From Gomphosphaeria aponina SAG 52.96 = DSM 107014 (GTDB lineage Bacteria > Cyanobacteriota > Cyanobacteriia > Cyanobacteriales > Gomphosphaeriaceae), in NCBI GenBank assembly GCA_016903655.1, contig JADQBC010000001.1, positions 13,371 to 77,370 of the forward strand: a stretch of 64,000 nucleotides of DNA, written 5' to 3'. Under the pieces are notes generated by a model that ran no database searches, was not told the origin of the DNA, and worked only from the letters and a program-made list of their open reading frames with translations. Below are positions 1-10,091 of this stretch, piece after piece. Both the position numbers and the translations under genes were made by a program. How positions within the stretch are numbered: the first letter of the stretch is position 1; each line of letters opens with the position of its first letter.

Positions 1-1188
1 CTCATCACCATCAGTACTGCTAAAACCATCGCCAAAGAATGCTTTCTGGAGAAAATATTGAGGTGTTAGATTAAAAATTACCTTATCTGTATCCACAATA
101 TTAAAACCCCGCTCGATAAATAAACCACCCCTTTCTTCTCCATCAAACCCGATGGAAAATAAACCTGGTCGGCGCGGGCGATTGTCAAATACCAGTTTGT
201 CTTGCAATAGGGGTAAGGACAATGTTTGATCGAAAACTAATCTAGAATTAGTTGTGATTAGTTCATCTACAAGGGGAGATATATTTCTTAAGGTAGCCGT
301 AGAGGCCCTAACTTCTAATTCTGGAGGTGAGAAGGGGTCGTTAGTGAGTCTCACATTAATTGCTTCCCAACCGTCTCCTTCAAATTGTATTCTTTCTGCT
401 TGAAAGCGGAAACGGTTAATTCTCCCCCCTGACTGGGTGCTTGGTACCCCTCCTTGTTGTTGGATTAAGTTTAAATCCCGAATACTCCCTACTACAAATC
501 GATAACCTGCGGCGGTGGTGACTCGCTGTAAGGGTTGTTCTCGGTTGAGGCGATCGCTTAATGGTTGTTCTGGGATGGTATCTGTTCCTGTATCTGTTGG
601 CAAACTGGGGTTCACATCTCTACTGATGGTTGGTTGATATACTTCTCCACTGGCATTTTTAATTACTCCCCGATCCTGAACGAAATAATATTCAAATCTT
701 TCCCCTCTTAATACCTGTTCCCCTCTTTCGAGTATCACTTGTCCTTCTGCTATTGCCAGACGCTCTGCTAAGTTTACTCGCAGACGATCTGCTCTTAGTA
801 CTCCTTTGTCAAATCGCATTACCACGTTTCCTGTTGCTGTAATCACCTGCTGCTTTTGGTCGTATTCCTGGCGCTCGGCTATTACTTCTATGAGTTTAAT
901 TTCTTCTACCCGCGGCAGGTTTTCTGCCGCGGGTGCTACTGTTTCTTCTAATTTCTGTGCAAATTCAAATTCTCTACTCTCCCCATTGCGCTCTTGTGTC
1001 ACTAACCGAGTCACTATTTTTTTCTCAGCTTCTGCACTATACTTGACCGAAATGGGAGAACCTAGTAGCTCCGCACTTCCCCTGGGTTGGTTACTGTCTT
1101 TATTTGTTAGCCAAGGTTTGGGGCTTTTGTTCAGTTCTACTACTTGCATTATTACTGGTGGTTCTGGGGGGGGTAGGATTGGTGGCAT
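1..1188 (-). CDS. LptD/OstA-like outer-membrane protein, N-terminal part (gene runs off the window at position 1)
   Basis: The minus-strand frame is open from the ATG at 1188 to the window edge and is not in the ORF track. My translation gives an OstA-type N-domain (QVITATGNVVMRFDKGVLRADRLRVNLAERLAIAEGQV). The listed + ORF 806-1195 is its low-complexity antisense. No obvious signal peptide, so the start is uncertain. Confidence 0.55.
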   Translation of the reverse strand, partial: MPPILPPPEPPVIMQVVELNKSPKPWLTNKDSNQPRGSAELLGSPISVKYSAEAEKKIVTRLVTQERNGESREFEFAQKLEETVAPAAENLPRVEEIKLIEVIAERQEYDQKQQVITATGNVVMRFDKGVLRADRLRVNLAERLAIAEGQVILERGEQVLRGERFEYYFVQDRGVIKNASGEVYQPTISRDVNPSLPTDTGTDTIPEQPLSDRLNREQPLQRVTTAAGYRFVVGSIRDLNLIQQQGGVPSTQSGGRINRFRFQAERIQFEGDGWEAINVRLTNDPFSPPELEVRASTATLRNISPLVDELITTNSRLVFDQTLSLPLLQDKLVFDNRPRRPGLFSIGFDGEERGGLFIERGFNIVDTDKVIFNLTPQYFLQKAFFGDGFSSTDGDE

Positions 1189-1210
1189 TTTCTAATTTTA
1201 ATTAGATCAA

Positions 1211-1259
1211 TGGTCATTAGTTCTTTTTTCTGAGTATCCCATCTGAGAACTAATGACCA
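1211..1259 (-). terminator. 14-bp inverted repeat downstream of psbI (possible terminator, no U-tract)
   Basis: TGGTCATTAGTTCT (1211-1224) is complementary to AGAACTAATGACCA (1246-1259). It lies between the psbI stop and the lptD-like start. Confidence 0.3.
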
Positions 1260-1278
1260 TTGACCAATAACCAGTATA

Positions 1279-1395
1279 TTATTCTAAGTCCTTGCTGCCT
1301 GGGTTACGTGCTGGGTCGCTTGATAAAAACCCAAACACAAATAAGGCTACAAAAAATGCCACTGTTATATAAACTACTATTTTGAGTGTTACCAT
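1279..1395 (-). CDS. psbI: Photosystem II reaction-centre protein I (38 aa)
   Basis: Not in the ORF track. Hand translation gives [38 protein letters not shown], a near-consensus PsbI. An AAAGGAG Shine-Dalgarno sequence lies upstream. Confidence 0.9.
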   Translation of the reverse strand: MVTLKIVVYITVAFFVALFVFGFLSSDPARNPGSKDLE

Positions 1396-1445
1396 ATTAC
1401 TCTCCTTTGATCCTGCTTGCCTTACTTTAACTCATTTTTGCCAAA

Positions 1446-2186
1446 TTACCAAACAACAAATAAGGCTCTTTGTTCCCATAACATTAGCATTCCGCTAAAG
1501 GCCACAAAAACTACTACTAGCTGTCGAAATCTTTCTTTACTAATTTTTTCTAACACTATTTGACCTACCCAATTTCCTGGAAATGCTGCTATGCCTATAA
1601 TTATACCATAAAACAAATAGGCTGGGGTTAATGCGCCAAAGGCTGCATAAGCGATCATTTTGGCAATATGAACTACCACCACATTGGCTGCTTTTGTGGC
1701 AATCATGTCTTCTTTTACCATTCCATAATTGAAGTAGAGTGGGTTGAGCATTGGCCCTGTGCTACCTATAATTCCTGATAAAAAAGCATAGATCAATGCT
1801 GCTGGGAGAAAATACCAGGCACTGACTTTGAATGATGGTTTGTTTTTTCCTACACCATAGCTCAGTGTTGATAATATCAGAAATATTCCTAGTAACACTG
1901 GTAGCCATTTGATGTTTGTTTGCGTAAAGACAAAAGCGCCTAAAACTGCTCCGACTATTGAACCTGGTAAGTACCACCACATTACTTGCCAATCGATGTA
2001 ACGCCAATATATCCACACTCTTTGGATATTTCCTAGTAACATTCCCGTTGTTACTACTGGTGGTACTGCTGCTGCCCCTAAACATAATCCGATGACTGGG
2101 ATTAAAATTAGGGGACTTCCTCCTCCTGCTAAGGTGCTGAGAAACCAACTTATACTACTCGCTAATGCTAACCCTACTATCTCCAC
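1446..2186 (-). CDS. TauE/SafE (TSUP, DUF81) family anion exporter permease
   Basis: 246-aa polytopic membrane protein with the GGGSPLILIPV motif typical of TSUP/TauE. A paralog lies at 53400-54167. Confidence 0.8.
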   Translation of the reverse strand: MEIVGLALASSISWFLSTLAGGGSPLILIPVIGLCLGAAAVPPVVTTGMLLGNIQRVWIYWRYIDWQVMWWYLPGSIVGAVLGAFVFTQTNIKWLPVLLGIFLILSTLSYGVGKNKPSFKVSAWYFLPAALIYAFLSGIIGSTGPMLNPLYFNYGMVKEDMIATKAANVVVVHIAKMIAYAAFGALTPAYLFYGIIIGIAAFPGNWVGQIVLEKISKERFRQLVVVFVAFSGMLMLWEQRALFVVW

Positions 2187-2362
2187 TGTTTCACTTTGCT
2201 TGACTTGGCTTGATTTTATGATAACTTAAACCATTAGAATTTAGTCTTTAGTCTTTAGTAATTTTTTCTGAGCATCAGATATTATACCCTCGCTCCTAAG
2301 TTTTTAATATTTTATTTTTAATACATAATTGGATGACAGAATACTAATTGAGAAAAAAAATC

Positions 2363-2391
2363 TTGACATGGGGCTAAAGTTTTGCTAAATT
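2363..2391 (+). promoter_or_regulatory. Candidate sigma70-type promoter for gcvT
   Basis: TTGACA (2363-2368), a 17-nt spacer, then TAAATT (2386-2391), about 100 nt upstream of the GTG start. Confidence 0.3.
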
Positions 2392-2491
2392 ATTAGCATG
2401 GAGAAATAGAGAGGCAATATATAAGGGTATAATCAAAAAAAGAGAGAGAAAGAGTTAAGATAAAAGCTGAAGAGTTTGTTGAGGATAATTC

Positions 2492-3589
2492 GTGATCAAA
2501 CAAAAGCGTACTCCCTTATTTGAGCTAGCGGTGGAGCAAAAAGCAAGACTGACTGAATTTGCTGGTTGGGAAATGCCGATTCAATATATTGGGTTAAAAA
2601 ATGAACATGAAGCAGTACGGAAAAGAGCGGGGATATTTGATGTCTCCCACATGGCAAAGTTTGCTTTTTCGGGAAAAGGTTTAGTTAAAGAGTTACAAAA
2701 GTTAGTCCCTTCAGACTTGGAGCGGTTAAAACCTGGTGAGGCACAATATACTGTTTTATTAAATGCTCAAGGGGGCATTATTGATGATATTATTTATTAT
2801 CATCAGGGAGAAGAGCAGGGTTTTATGATTGCTAATGCGGCGACAACTGAGAAAGATAAAAGTTGGTTGTTGGAAAATTTGCAAAATAGTGGGGTTGAGT
2901 TGGAAGATTTTTCCCAGAAGAAGGTTTTAATTGCCATTCAAGGGCCAGAAGCTGTGGAGAAATTACAGGCTTTTGTGACAGAAGAGTTGAAGTTAATTAA
3001 AGCTTTTGGACATTTTCAGGGGGAAGTATTGGGAGAAACTGCTTTTCTTGGGCGTACTGGTTATACAGGAGAAGATGGTTTTGAGGTAATGTTAGATGCT
3101 CAAGTGGGGAAAAAATTGTGGCGCAGTTTGGTAAATGTTGGGGTGACTCCTTGCGGTTTGGGTGCAAGGGATACTCTGCGTCTGGAAGCGGCAATGTGTC
3201 TGTATGGTCAGGACATGGATGATTCGATTACGCCTTTAGAAGCTGGTTTAGGATGGTTGGTACATTTGGAGAGTAAAGGTGATTTTATGGGGAGGAAAGT
3301 TTTAGAAGAGCAAAAAGTTAATGGGGTAAAACGTAAGTTGGTGGGTTTGGAAATGGAAGGGCGATATATTGCTCGTCATGGTTACCCAGTTTTGGTGCAG
3401 GGGGAAACAGTGGGAGAAGTGACGAGCGGGAGTTTAACTCCTACTGTAGAAAAGGCGATCGCTCTTGCTTATTTACCATTATCTTTGAGTAAAATAGGGC
3501 AGAAAGTAGCAGTGGAAATTCGCGGTAAAACTTATCCTGGAAAAGTGGTTAATAAACCTTTTTATCGTTCTTCTAGTCGGGTGAAGTAA
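2492..3589 (+). CDS. gcvT: Glycine cleavage system aminomethyltransferase (T protein)
   Basis: 365 aa, with family-typical motifs FAGWEMPIQY, FDVSHM and GYTGEDGFE. Confidence 0.95.
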   Translation: MIKQKRTPLFELAVEQKARLTEFAGWEMPIQYIGLKNEHEAVRKRAGIFDVSHMAKFAFSGKGLVKELQKLVPSDLERLKPGEAQYTVLLNAQGGIIDDIIYYHQGEEQGFMIANAATTEKDKSWLLENLQNSGVELEDFSQKKVLIAIQGPEAVEKLQAFVTEELKLIKAFGHFQGEVLGETAFLGRTGYTGEDGFEVMLDAQVGKKLWRSLVNVGVTPCGLGARDTLRLEAAMCLYGQDMDDSITPLEAGLGWLVHLESKGDFMGRKVLEEQKVNGVKRKLVGLEMEGRYIARHGYPVLVQGETVGEVTSGSLTPTVEKAIALAYLPLSLSKIGQKVAVEIRGKTYPGKVVNKPFYRSSSRVK

Positions 3590-3634
3590 GCTAGAAAATG
3601 TGTAGAGTGGGTGAGATGGGGAATTGGATTTTTC

Positions 3635-3726
3635 GGCGTTGCGTTTTTTGAGTAATGAACTATATATTTACAAAAACTACTAACCAAACTAAAACCCTCT
3701 CCCCTCTCCCCAAATTCAGCAACGCC
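3635..3726. repeat. MITE-like dispersed repeat, family R1 (GGCGTTGC ... GCAACGCC termini, CT-rich core)
   Basis: Terminal inverted repeats GGCGTTGC/GCAACGCC. The core actactaaccaaactaaaaccctctcccctctcccc recurs at 18562-18750, 25466-25525 (reverse) and 34139-34366. Confidence 0.6.
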
Positions 3727-3789
3727 AAACCTATTACCAGGTAAACCTGTTTGTCATATCGAGTAATCAAACAAAATTAATTACATGGG

Positions 3790-3855
3790 TGAGGGCGGGT
3801 TTTGAACAATCAATTTTTGTTGTGCAACATAGGTTATCCCGCTGGCCCGCCCCGT
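3790..3855. repeat. Dispersed repeat, family R2 (GGGCGGGTTTTG ... CCCGCCCC)
   Basis: GC-rich ends gagggcgggttttga / ggcccgccccg. Related copies lie at 25418-25465, 53323-53385, 56054-56135 and 62485-62512. Confidence 0.5.
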
Positions 3856-3869
3856 AAGAAATTGTATAA

Positions 3870-4038
3870 ATAATTTTGCCTACCTACTTAAACAGTTGAA
3901 TCCTAGCAATACCTATCCAAACTTGCTTGAAAAATGTAAAAAATTATTTGAACAAAAAGCAATAATTTTAGAGAAATTAGGTAAACAACATAACTCAATT
4001 CCTAAATTATTTGCTCATTATAGGGAGCATTTTTCGTG
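3870..4038 (+). pseudogene. Remnant of a Ser/Thr protein kinase (subdomains II-III only)
   Basis: My translation FAYLLKQLNPSNTYPNLLEKCKKLFEQKAIILEKLGKQHNSIPKLFAHY matches the VVKQL...LFxxEAxxLExLGxHxxIPxLxAY pattern of cyanobacterial kinases. There is no start or rest of the domain, and the fragment abuts the R2 repeat. Confidence 0.45.
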
Positions 4039-4251
4039 ACCTTAACCCAACCTACAACAATTCCTGAAAATAGATAAAGTCAAAAACGCAAATCTAAACC
4101 TGATCAAGTATAAAATGCAAAATGCAAGATTGACTCAACTTCTTTGGTGGGCATTGCCCACTACTAGAATGTATAAAAATATACAGAAAATACCAGCAGT
4201 TGAGTGGAAACTAAGCTCTGACTTGGTGGATTAGCTGTGTGAGAAGCAATT

Positions 4252-5802
4252 ATGTTAAAAAAACTGGGAAAATGGGGCGAAAAAATAACTTATGCTTTGG
4301 GTTCAATCTTACTTATTTCAGGAAGTGTTTTCGCAGAACCAGTAGAGGTATTAAACTTAGAAAATGACCCAATGGAGCAAGTAACTAAGGTTTCTGAAAT
4401 GCGAGATGTTTCTTCAGCAGATTGGGCTTTTCAAGCTTTGAGTGATTTAGTAGAACGTTATAGTTGTATTGCAGGTTATCCTGATGGTACTTTTCGGGGA
4501 AATCAAGCAATGAGTCGCTATGAATTTGCCGCTGGGGTTAATGCTTGTTTAGCACAAATGGAAAGGTTAATAGCAAGTAGCCAGACAGTTTTATCAGAAG
4601 ATTTAGCAACTCTACAACGACTTGCTCAAGAGTTTGCCGCCGAATTAACAGCAATTGGCACAAGCATAGATAATTTAGAAAATCGGGCGGCATTTCTAGA
4701 GGATAATCAATTTTCAACTACCACTAAATTAGCAGGGGAATTAATCACTACGCTCTCGCAAGTTTTTGGGAATGAAAATGCTGCAACTGGAAAAGATTTA
4801 GATGTACAAGCTACTTTAGAATATCGTCTGCGTTTGAGTTTGCTCACCAGTTTTAGTGGGAAAGATCAGCTAAGACTCCGTTTGCAATCAGCTAATTATA
4901 CATTTGCTAGGGGTGGCACTAATTATACTGATTATAACTTTAGTGCTGATACTGAAAACTCAGTCATTCTGGATAAGGTGGAATATAGTTTTCCTCTGGG
5001 GGAAAATACTATAATTTGGCTCAGTGCGGGGAATATGAACTTTGATGATGTTGCTGAAATAATGGCTCCCTTTGCTAATTCTTTTACTGAAGGTGCTATC
5101 TCATATTTTGGGGCAATTTCGCCGATTTATCTGAATAGTGGAGGGAGTGGAGTAGCAGTTTCTCATTACTTGACAGAAACTTTGAATTTGACAGGTTATT
5201 ATTCTGCTGATGGCGCAACAAATCCGACAGAGAAAAATGGTTTATTTAATGGTCAATATATTGCGGCAGCGCAATTTTCTTATTTACCCAAGGCTGATAC
5301 AGGAATAGCGATCGCCTATAGTCATGGTTATTTTCCTGGTACTGATGACATGGCAATTATGGGTTTTACAGGGAGTGCTTTAGCAGAAAATCCTTTTGCT
5401 AGTAATGCCACCTCTTCTGATAATATCGCTTTACTCGGTACTTGGCGCCTTAGTCCCTTTTTTGGGTTAGAAGGTTGGGGAATGTACACTCAAGCTAATG
5501 CAGAAAGTGGCGATCGCCAAGGTGACTCCGCCGATATTTGGAATTGGAAAATTAGCTTTGCTTTCCCCGATTTATTTCAAGAGAGGAATTTAGGACTTAT
5601 TTCTCTTGGCAACCCGCCCAAAGCTACCTCAGTGGAAGGGGGGCCAGAAGATGAAGATATTGCTTGGTTTGTGGAAGCTTTATATGTCTTCCAAATTAAT
5701 GATAACATCTCCATTACCCCTGGAGTTTTTGTTGTCACCAATCCCGAAGATGGTCGTGATCCACTTTGGGTAGGTACTATTAGAACTAGCTTCACTTTTT
5801 AA
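4252..5802 (+). CDS. SLH-domain / OprB-type outer-membrane porin
   Basis: Signal peptide, SLH motif (DWAFQALSDLVERYSCIAGYPDGTFRGNQAMSRYEFAAGVNAC), a coiled-coil linker, and a beta-barrel-like C-terminus ending in F. Confidence 0.85.
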   Translation: MLKKLGKWGEKITYALGSILLISGSVFAEPVEVLNLENDPMEQVTKVSEMRDVSSADWAFQALSDLVERYSCIAGYPDGTFRGNQAMSRYEFAAGVNACLAQMERLIASSQTVLSEDLATLQRLAQEFAAELTAIGTSIDNLENRAAFLEDNQFSTTTKLAGELITTLSQVFGNENAATGKDLDVQATLEYRLRLSLLTSFSGKDQLRLRLQSANYTFARGGTNYTDYNFSADTENSVILDKVEYSFPLGENTIIWLSAGNMNFDDVAEIMAPFANSFTEGAISYFGAISPIYLNSGGSGVAVSHYLTETLNLTGYYSADGATNPTEKNGLFNGQYIAAAQFSYLPKADTGIAIAYSHGYFPGTDDMAIMGFTGSALAENPFASNATSSDNIALLGTWRLSPFFGLEGWGMYTQANAESGDRQGDSADIWNWKISFAFPDLFQERNLGLISLGNPPKATSVEGGPEDEDIAWFVEALYVFQINDNISITPGVFVVTNPEDGRDPLWVGTIRTSFTF

Positions 5803-5843
5803 CAGTTATCAGTGAACAATGAAACTGATAACTGGTATTTTTT
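5803..5843 (+). terminator. Rho-independent terminator after the porin gene
   Basis: An 11-bp stem CAGTTATCAGT/ACTGATAACTG with a 10-nt loop, followed by a T-run (tatttttt). Confidence 0.7.
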
Positions 5844-5915
5844 GAGGCTATTAATTTGCATCCTGGAGATGAAAATGGTAAAGTAGTGTTCATCGAAGTA
5901 ATTCTTTTTTAGAAG

Positions 5916-6395
5916 ATGAAAATAAGAATTGGTAACGGCTACGATATCCACCAACTGGTAGAAGGAAGACCTTTAATTCTCGGAGGAGTAGAAATACCTC
6001 ACCATTTGGGATTACTCGGACATAGTGATGCAGATGTTCTCACCCACGCAATCATGGATGCTATGTTAGGAGCATTAAGTTTAGGGGATATCGGTCATTA
6101 TTTTCCCCCAACTGACCCCCAATGGGCGGGGGCAAATAGTTTATTATTATTACAGCAAGTAAATGAGCTAGTGCGAGATCAAGGTTGGGAAATAGGCAAT
6201 ATTGATTCAACCATCGTTGCCGAACGTCCCAAACTCAAACCCCATCTGAAAAATATGTGTAGGATGCTTGCTAATACTTTAGCAATTAACCCCGACCAAA
6301 TCGGGATTAAAGCTACTACCAACGAAAAACTAGGCCCCGTTGGGAGAGAAGAAGGAATATGTGCCTTAGCAGTCGTTCTGTTAGTGACTCAATAA
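5916..6395 (+). CDS. ispF: 2-C-methyl-D-erythritol 2,4-cyclodiphosphate synthase
   Basis: 159 aa with [21 protein letters not shown] and ERPKL motifs. Confidence 0.95.
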   Translation: MKIRIGNGYDIHQLVEGRPLILGGVEIPHHLGLLGHSDADVLTHAIMDAMLGALSLGDIGHYFPPTDPQWAGANSLLLLQQVNELVRDQGWEIGNIDSTIVAERPKLKPHLKNMCRMLANTLAINPDQIGIKATTNEKLGPVGREEGICALAVVLLVTQ

Positions 6396-6493
6396 ATTAA
6401 CTTTGGCAACCTGAAGAAAACAGCAAAGATGTTACCCTAGAGTAGTTAAAATAATTGACACTTCCAGTTAGTCTCAAGTAAAAAGAAAAAAAA

Positions 6494-7249
6494 ATGAAAC
6501 AACCTTTAGATGCAATTCCTTCTACACCACCGAGCTCAAAAGTTCCAGAAATTGAAGAAATAGTTATATCTGTTTCTGCAAAAAATCTCAACCCCTCAAT
6601 GTTGAATCTGGATTTTCTAAAAATGACTGGCATTGTCCCAGGTGACTGGCAGATTATGGAAGAACCTGTAGTTAGTTCTCGCATTTCTCGGATAAGTTTC
6701 CAAAATGGCGTGAGTATCGTCGCTCAACCTGGGAGTATTTCTTTTCGGGAGATGGTGAATATCAAAACCAAACAGGAATTGAACGCCCCAGATGTGGCAA
6801 GTCAGTATGTTGAAAAACTACCCCATGCAGAATATCAAGTCTTGAATATCAGCCCTAGAATTTTGCTTCCTGTTCTCACATCTCAAGATGGTGCCAGGAA
6901 ATATATTACAGAAAATTTGTTAGCTCCAGGGCCTTGGTTAAACATTGGCAAAATTCCCGTACAAGCAGGAATTAACCTGTTTTATGAGTTAGAAGGCTGT
7001 CAATTAAATCTCGTTATTAATGAGGCGCATTTACAGCAGCGTGACCCCAATAAACCAGCTATTTCAGCTCTTTTGTTTTCTGGCAGTTTTAGTTACAATG
7101 TTGCTAACGAAAACGAACAAACTCGATTAAATCAATTAACACAACGGATTAAAAATTGGAAAAATGATGTGGTAATTTTCCGCAACATTGTCCATGAGAA
7201 ATTCGCCGCCCAACTACCTCAAGAACAGGATAGTCTCTTTCTCTTGTAG
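6494..7249 (+). CDS. Hypothetical protein
   Basis: 251-aa ORF with normal composition, followed by a terminator. I recognise no family. Confidence 0.55.
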   Translation: MKQPLDAIPSTPPSSKVPEIEEIVISVSAKNLNPSMLNLDFLKMTGIVPGDWQIMEEPVVSSRISRISFQNGVSIVAQPGSISFREMVNIKTKQELNAPDVASQYVEKLPHAEYQVLNISPRILLPVLTSQDGARKYITENLLAPGPWLNIGKIPVQAGINLFYELEGCQLNLVINEAHLQQRDPNKPAISALLFSGSFSYNVANENEQTRLNQLTQRIKNWKNDVVIFRNIVHEKFAAQLPQEQDSLFLL

Positions 7250-7291
7250 TACTTAAATCAATATTATTAATCTTTCCCCATAAATACTTCT

Positions 7292-7321
7292 AGACAGGTT
7301 TTGATACCTGTCTTTTTTTTC
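7292..7321 (+). terminator. Rho-independent terminator
   Basis: AGACAGGT tttgat ACCTGTCT followed by T8. Confidence 0.7.
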
Positions 7322-7387
7322 AACATCAAAATGGTAGTTAAAGACTTTCTTGACCTTCTTGACAGGTACTAATTTATGTAACTAACC

Positions 7388-7930
7388 CTAAAAATCCTTA
7401 AGAAAACGTGAATTACAATCCCGCAACCAAACACCAATAGCTTGACCAATGACACCATTACTCGTTTCCTGTGGCGGTGCAGGAGGGCGATTTTGATGAT
7501 CAGAACCTGTACGGGAAAAAATCATTATCATTCGCCAACCAGTAGGAGTTTGAGTCAAAAATAACCAGTGATAGTTTTGAACTTCAACTATTTTCCCATT
7601 CAAATACTGCCGTTCTAAAGTAGTAAAAAACACCTGTTCAGAACTTTCAGGTAAAACTGGGGTATATTGCAGTTCATTAAGCTTTAAAGGTTTAAACTCT
7701 GGCTGACCAGCAACAATAACATAGCCAGAATTAGTACTTCCCAAAGATTGAGAACTGTGAATTACCCTGTTGGCATAATTAGGTAATTCTTGGAGCATGA
7801 CAGTAGTTAATTTTTCCAAATCAGCAGGACACCAAGAATGGTAATTTGCTGACAACTCAGCCTGAACTAGGGAAGGAGTAGCCAGAAAAAACCCAAAAAT
7901 CAATAGTCCGACGAAAGAAAATCCCATCAA
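7388..7930 (-). CDS. Hypothetical secreted protein
   Basis: 180 aa with an N-terminal signal-like segment ([19 protein letters not shown]). Its start overlaps the pyrF stop by 4 nt, suggesting an operon. Confidence 0.6.
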   Translation of the reverse strand: MMGFSFVGLLIFGFFLATPSLVQAELSANYHSWCPADLEKLTTVMLQELPNYANRVIHSSQSLGSTNSGYVIVAGQPEFKPLKLNELQYTPVLPESSEQVFFTTLERQYLNGKIVEVQNYHWLFLTQTPTGWRMIMIFSRTGSDHQNRPPAPPQETSNGVIGQAIGVWLRDCNSRFLKDF

Positions 7931-8622
7931 AGCAATTCATCACAAATTTTATGCCACGCTGCAACACAGTCAGTAGCAGACGTAATCGGACGACCAATAA
8001 CCAAATAATCAGCCCCAGCCTTGAAAGCTTGAGCTGGAGTCATCACCCGACTTTGGTCTCCTGCAACTGTCCAACTCGGACGAACTCCAGGACAAATCAA
8101 CAGAAAATCCTCACCACAAACCTGTCGCAGTTGGGCTACTTCAAAAGGAGAACAAACCGCCCCATCTAAACCCGCTTCTTTAGCCAAAATAGCCATTTGT
8201 AAAGCATATTCTGGTAGTTCCAAAGGAATTTTTAAATCAAAAGCCAACTCACGGGAATTAAGACTGGTGAGAAGCGTGATACCCAGTAATTTAGGCTGAA
8301 AAACTGCTTGTGAAATAGCTTTTACTGCCGCACTGAGAGCTGTACGGCCAGCAGTAGCATGAATTGTCAGAAAATCAACCTCCTGTTGAGCAGCAGCATC
8401 AGCCGCACCTGCCAAAGTATTAGGAATATCATGGAACTTTAAATCTAGGAAGATGCGCTTTTGGTGTTCTTTCAAGAATTTTAAAATTTCAGGGCCAGCA
8501 CTCACAAACAACTGCAAACCCACCTTCCAAAAACTAACTTGAGGCAGTTTCTCCACCAAAGCGATCGCCTCTGTGATCGTAGGCACATCTAAAGCCACAA
8601 TAATCCGCTCTGTCATTACCAT
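7927..8622 (-). CDS. pyrF: Orotidine 5'-phosphate decarboxylase
   Basis: 231 aa with [16 protein letters not shown] and VIGRPI motifs. Confidence 0.9.
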   Translation of the reverse strand: MVMTERIIVALDVPTITEAIALVEKLPQVSFWKVGLQLFVSAGPEILKFLKEHQKRIFLDLKFHDIPNTLAGAADAAAQQEVDFLTIHATAGRTALSAAVKAISQAVFQPKLLGITLLTSLNSRELAFDLKIPLELPEYALQMAILAKEAGLDGAVCSPFEVAQLRQVCGEDFLLICPGVRPSWTVAGDQSRVMTPAQAFKAGADYLVIGRPITSATDCVAAWHKICDELL

Positions 8623-8633
8623 TTTCAGTTCAT

Positions 8634-9857
8634 TTAAGGAACAAGACGAACAAACTTTTTCTTCCCTACTTGTAAAACCTTGTTTTCAAGTAAACTAGGG
8701 GAGTGAAAAGAGAGATTAACATCATCAAGGCGATCGCCATCTAAACGTACCGCCCCTCCTTGAATTTGGCGGCGGCCATCCCCACTACTTTTACACAAAC
8801 CACTAGCATTAAGAATATAGAAAATCGGGGCAGGAAACTCTATTTTTGCCAGAGAAAATTCTGGTATTTTTTCTGCATTACTTGCTGTTCCCCCAGCAAT
8901 TGCTATATTAGCCTGCATTGCCCTCTGAGCTGCCTCCCTACCATGATATTGGCAAGTAATAGTTAAAGCCAATTCCCGCTGGCGATCGCGGGGATTTGTT
9001 GGTAATTTCTCCCCAGGTAAATCTGTCAATAGTTCAAAATACTGCGCCAGCAAATTATCAGGAGTTTTTTCCAATTTCCCATACATAATAGAAGCATGTT
9101 CTGTCAACCCAACATAATTATTCAGAGACTTAGACATTTTCTGAACCCCATCAGTCCCCAATAAAATAGGTAACAACAAGCCAAACTGAGGTTTTTGACC
9201 AAAATGGCGTTGTAAGTCCCTACCCACAGCAATATTAAACTTCTGGTCAGTACCTCCAAGTTCAACATCAGATTCTACAGCCACAGAATCATACCCCTGC
9301 ATCAAAGGATACATAAACTCATGGAGATAGATGGGGTTTTCCTGGTGATAACGTTCAGCAAAACCCTCCTTCGCCAACATTTGCCCCACAGTCATAGTAG
9401 AGAGCAACTCCAGAATTTTTGCCAAATCCAACTTAGACAACCACTCTGAGTTATAGCGAACTTCCAAACGTCCTGGGGTAGTAAAATCCAAAATAGGGCG
9501 TAACTGGTTAAGATAGTCCTGAGCATTTTCCTGAACTTGTGCCGTAGTTAACTGACGACGCACCTCTGATTTTCCTGTTGGATCACCAATTTGGGCAGTA
9601 AAATCCCCAATAATGAGAACAGCAGTATGACCAGCATCCTGAAAAGCGCGTAACTTACGGAAAGGAATACTATGACCCAAATGAAGATCAGCCCCAGTCG
9701 GGTCAATTCCCAACTTTACTCGCAAAGGCCGATCTATCTGTGCTAAAAATTGAGCCAAATTCTCATCAGGGTTTTGAGATTCAGGCTGATTAGGAAAAAT
9801 TTCATGAGTTCCCCGATATAGCCAAGGAAATTTTTGGTTATTTTCTCTAATATCCAT
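8634..9857 (-). CDS. tyrS: Tyrosine--tRNA ligase
   Basis: 407 aa with HLGH (HIGH-type) and KMSKS motifs and a C-terminal S4-like domain. Confidence 0.95.
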   Translation of the reverse strand: MDIRENNQKFPWLYRGTHEIFPNQPESQNPDENLAQFLAQIDRPLRVKLGIDPTGADLHLGHSIPFRKLRAFQDAGHTAVLIIGDFTAQIGDPTGKSEVRRQLTTAQVQENAQDYLNQLRPILDFTTPGRLEVRYNSEWLSKLDLAKILELLSTMTVGQMLAKEGFAERYHQENPIYLHEFMYPLMQGYDSVAVESDVELGGTDQKFNIAVGRDLQRHFGQKPQFGLLLPILLGTDGVQKMSKSLNNYVGLTEHASIMYGKLEKTPDNLLAQYFELLTDLPGEKLPTNPRDRQRELALTITCQYHGREAAQRAMQANIAIAGGTASNAEKIPEFSLAKIEFPAPIFYILNASGLCKSSGDGRRQIQGGAVRLDGDRLDDVNLSFHSPSLLENKVLQVGKKKFVRLVP

Positions 9858-9873
9858 TTATAAGTTCAACTGG

Positions 9874-10078
9874 GTTGATAGTTGATAGTTGATAGTTGAT
9901 AGTTGATAGTTGATAGTTGATAGTTGATAGTCGGCTATGAACCATTATAATAGGTTGATAGTTGATAGTTGATAGTTGATAGTTGATAGTTGATAGTCGG
10001 CTATGAACCATCAACCATTATGATAGTTGATAGTTGATAGTCGGCTATGAACCATCAACCATCAACCATCAACCATTA
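9874..10078. repeat. STRR-like heptamer array filling the tyrS / PBP divergent intergenic region
   Basis: (GTTGATA)x8 + GTCGGCTATGAACCAT, then (GTTGATA)x6 + the same core, then about 2.5 units + the core + (CAACCAT)x4. Confidence 0.9.
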
Positions 10079-10091
10079 ACGAAAGAAGCTA

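Noticed and set aside
806-1195. Track ORF of 129 aa on the + strand
   Set aside because: It is a low-complexity Ser/Cys/Gly-rich translation. It lies antisense to a much longer open minus-strand frame with OstA/LptD-like sequence.
1762-2148. Track ORF of 128 aa (-), in an alternative frame inside the TauE gene
   Set aside because: It is fully nested in the 246-aa permease ORF, which has clear family motifs. The nested translation is Arg/Ser-rich and looks non-protein-like.
2392-2491. Possible glycine riboswitch in the gcvT leader
   Set aside because: The leader is purine-rich, but I cannot find the conserved ACCG/GGAGAG…CACCGAAGGGGCAA-type elements of the glycine aptamers.
9874-10078. CRISPR array
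   Set aside because: The repeats are contiguous 7-mers without unique spacers. No cas genes or 25-40-nt repeat/spacer periodicity occur anywhere in the window.
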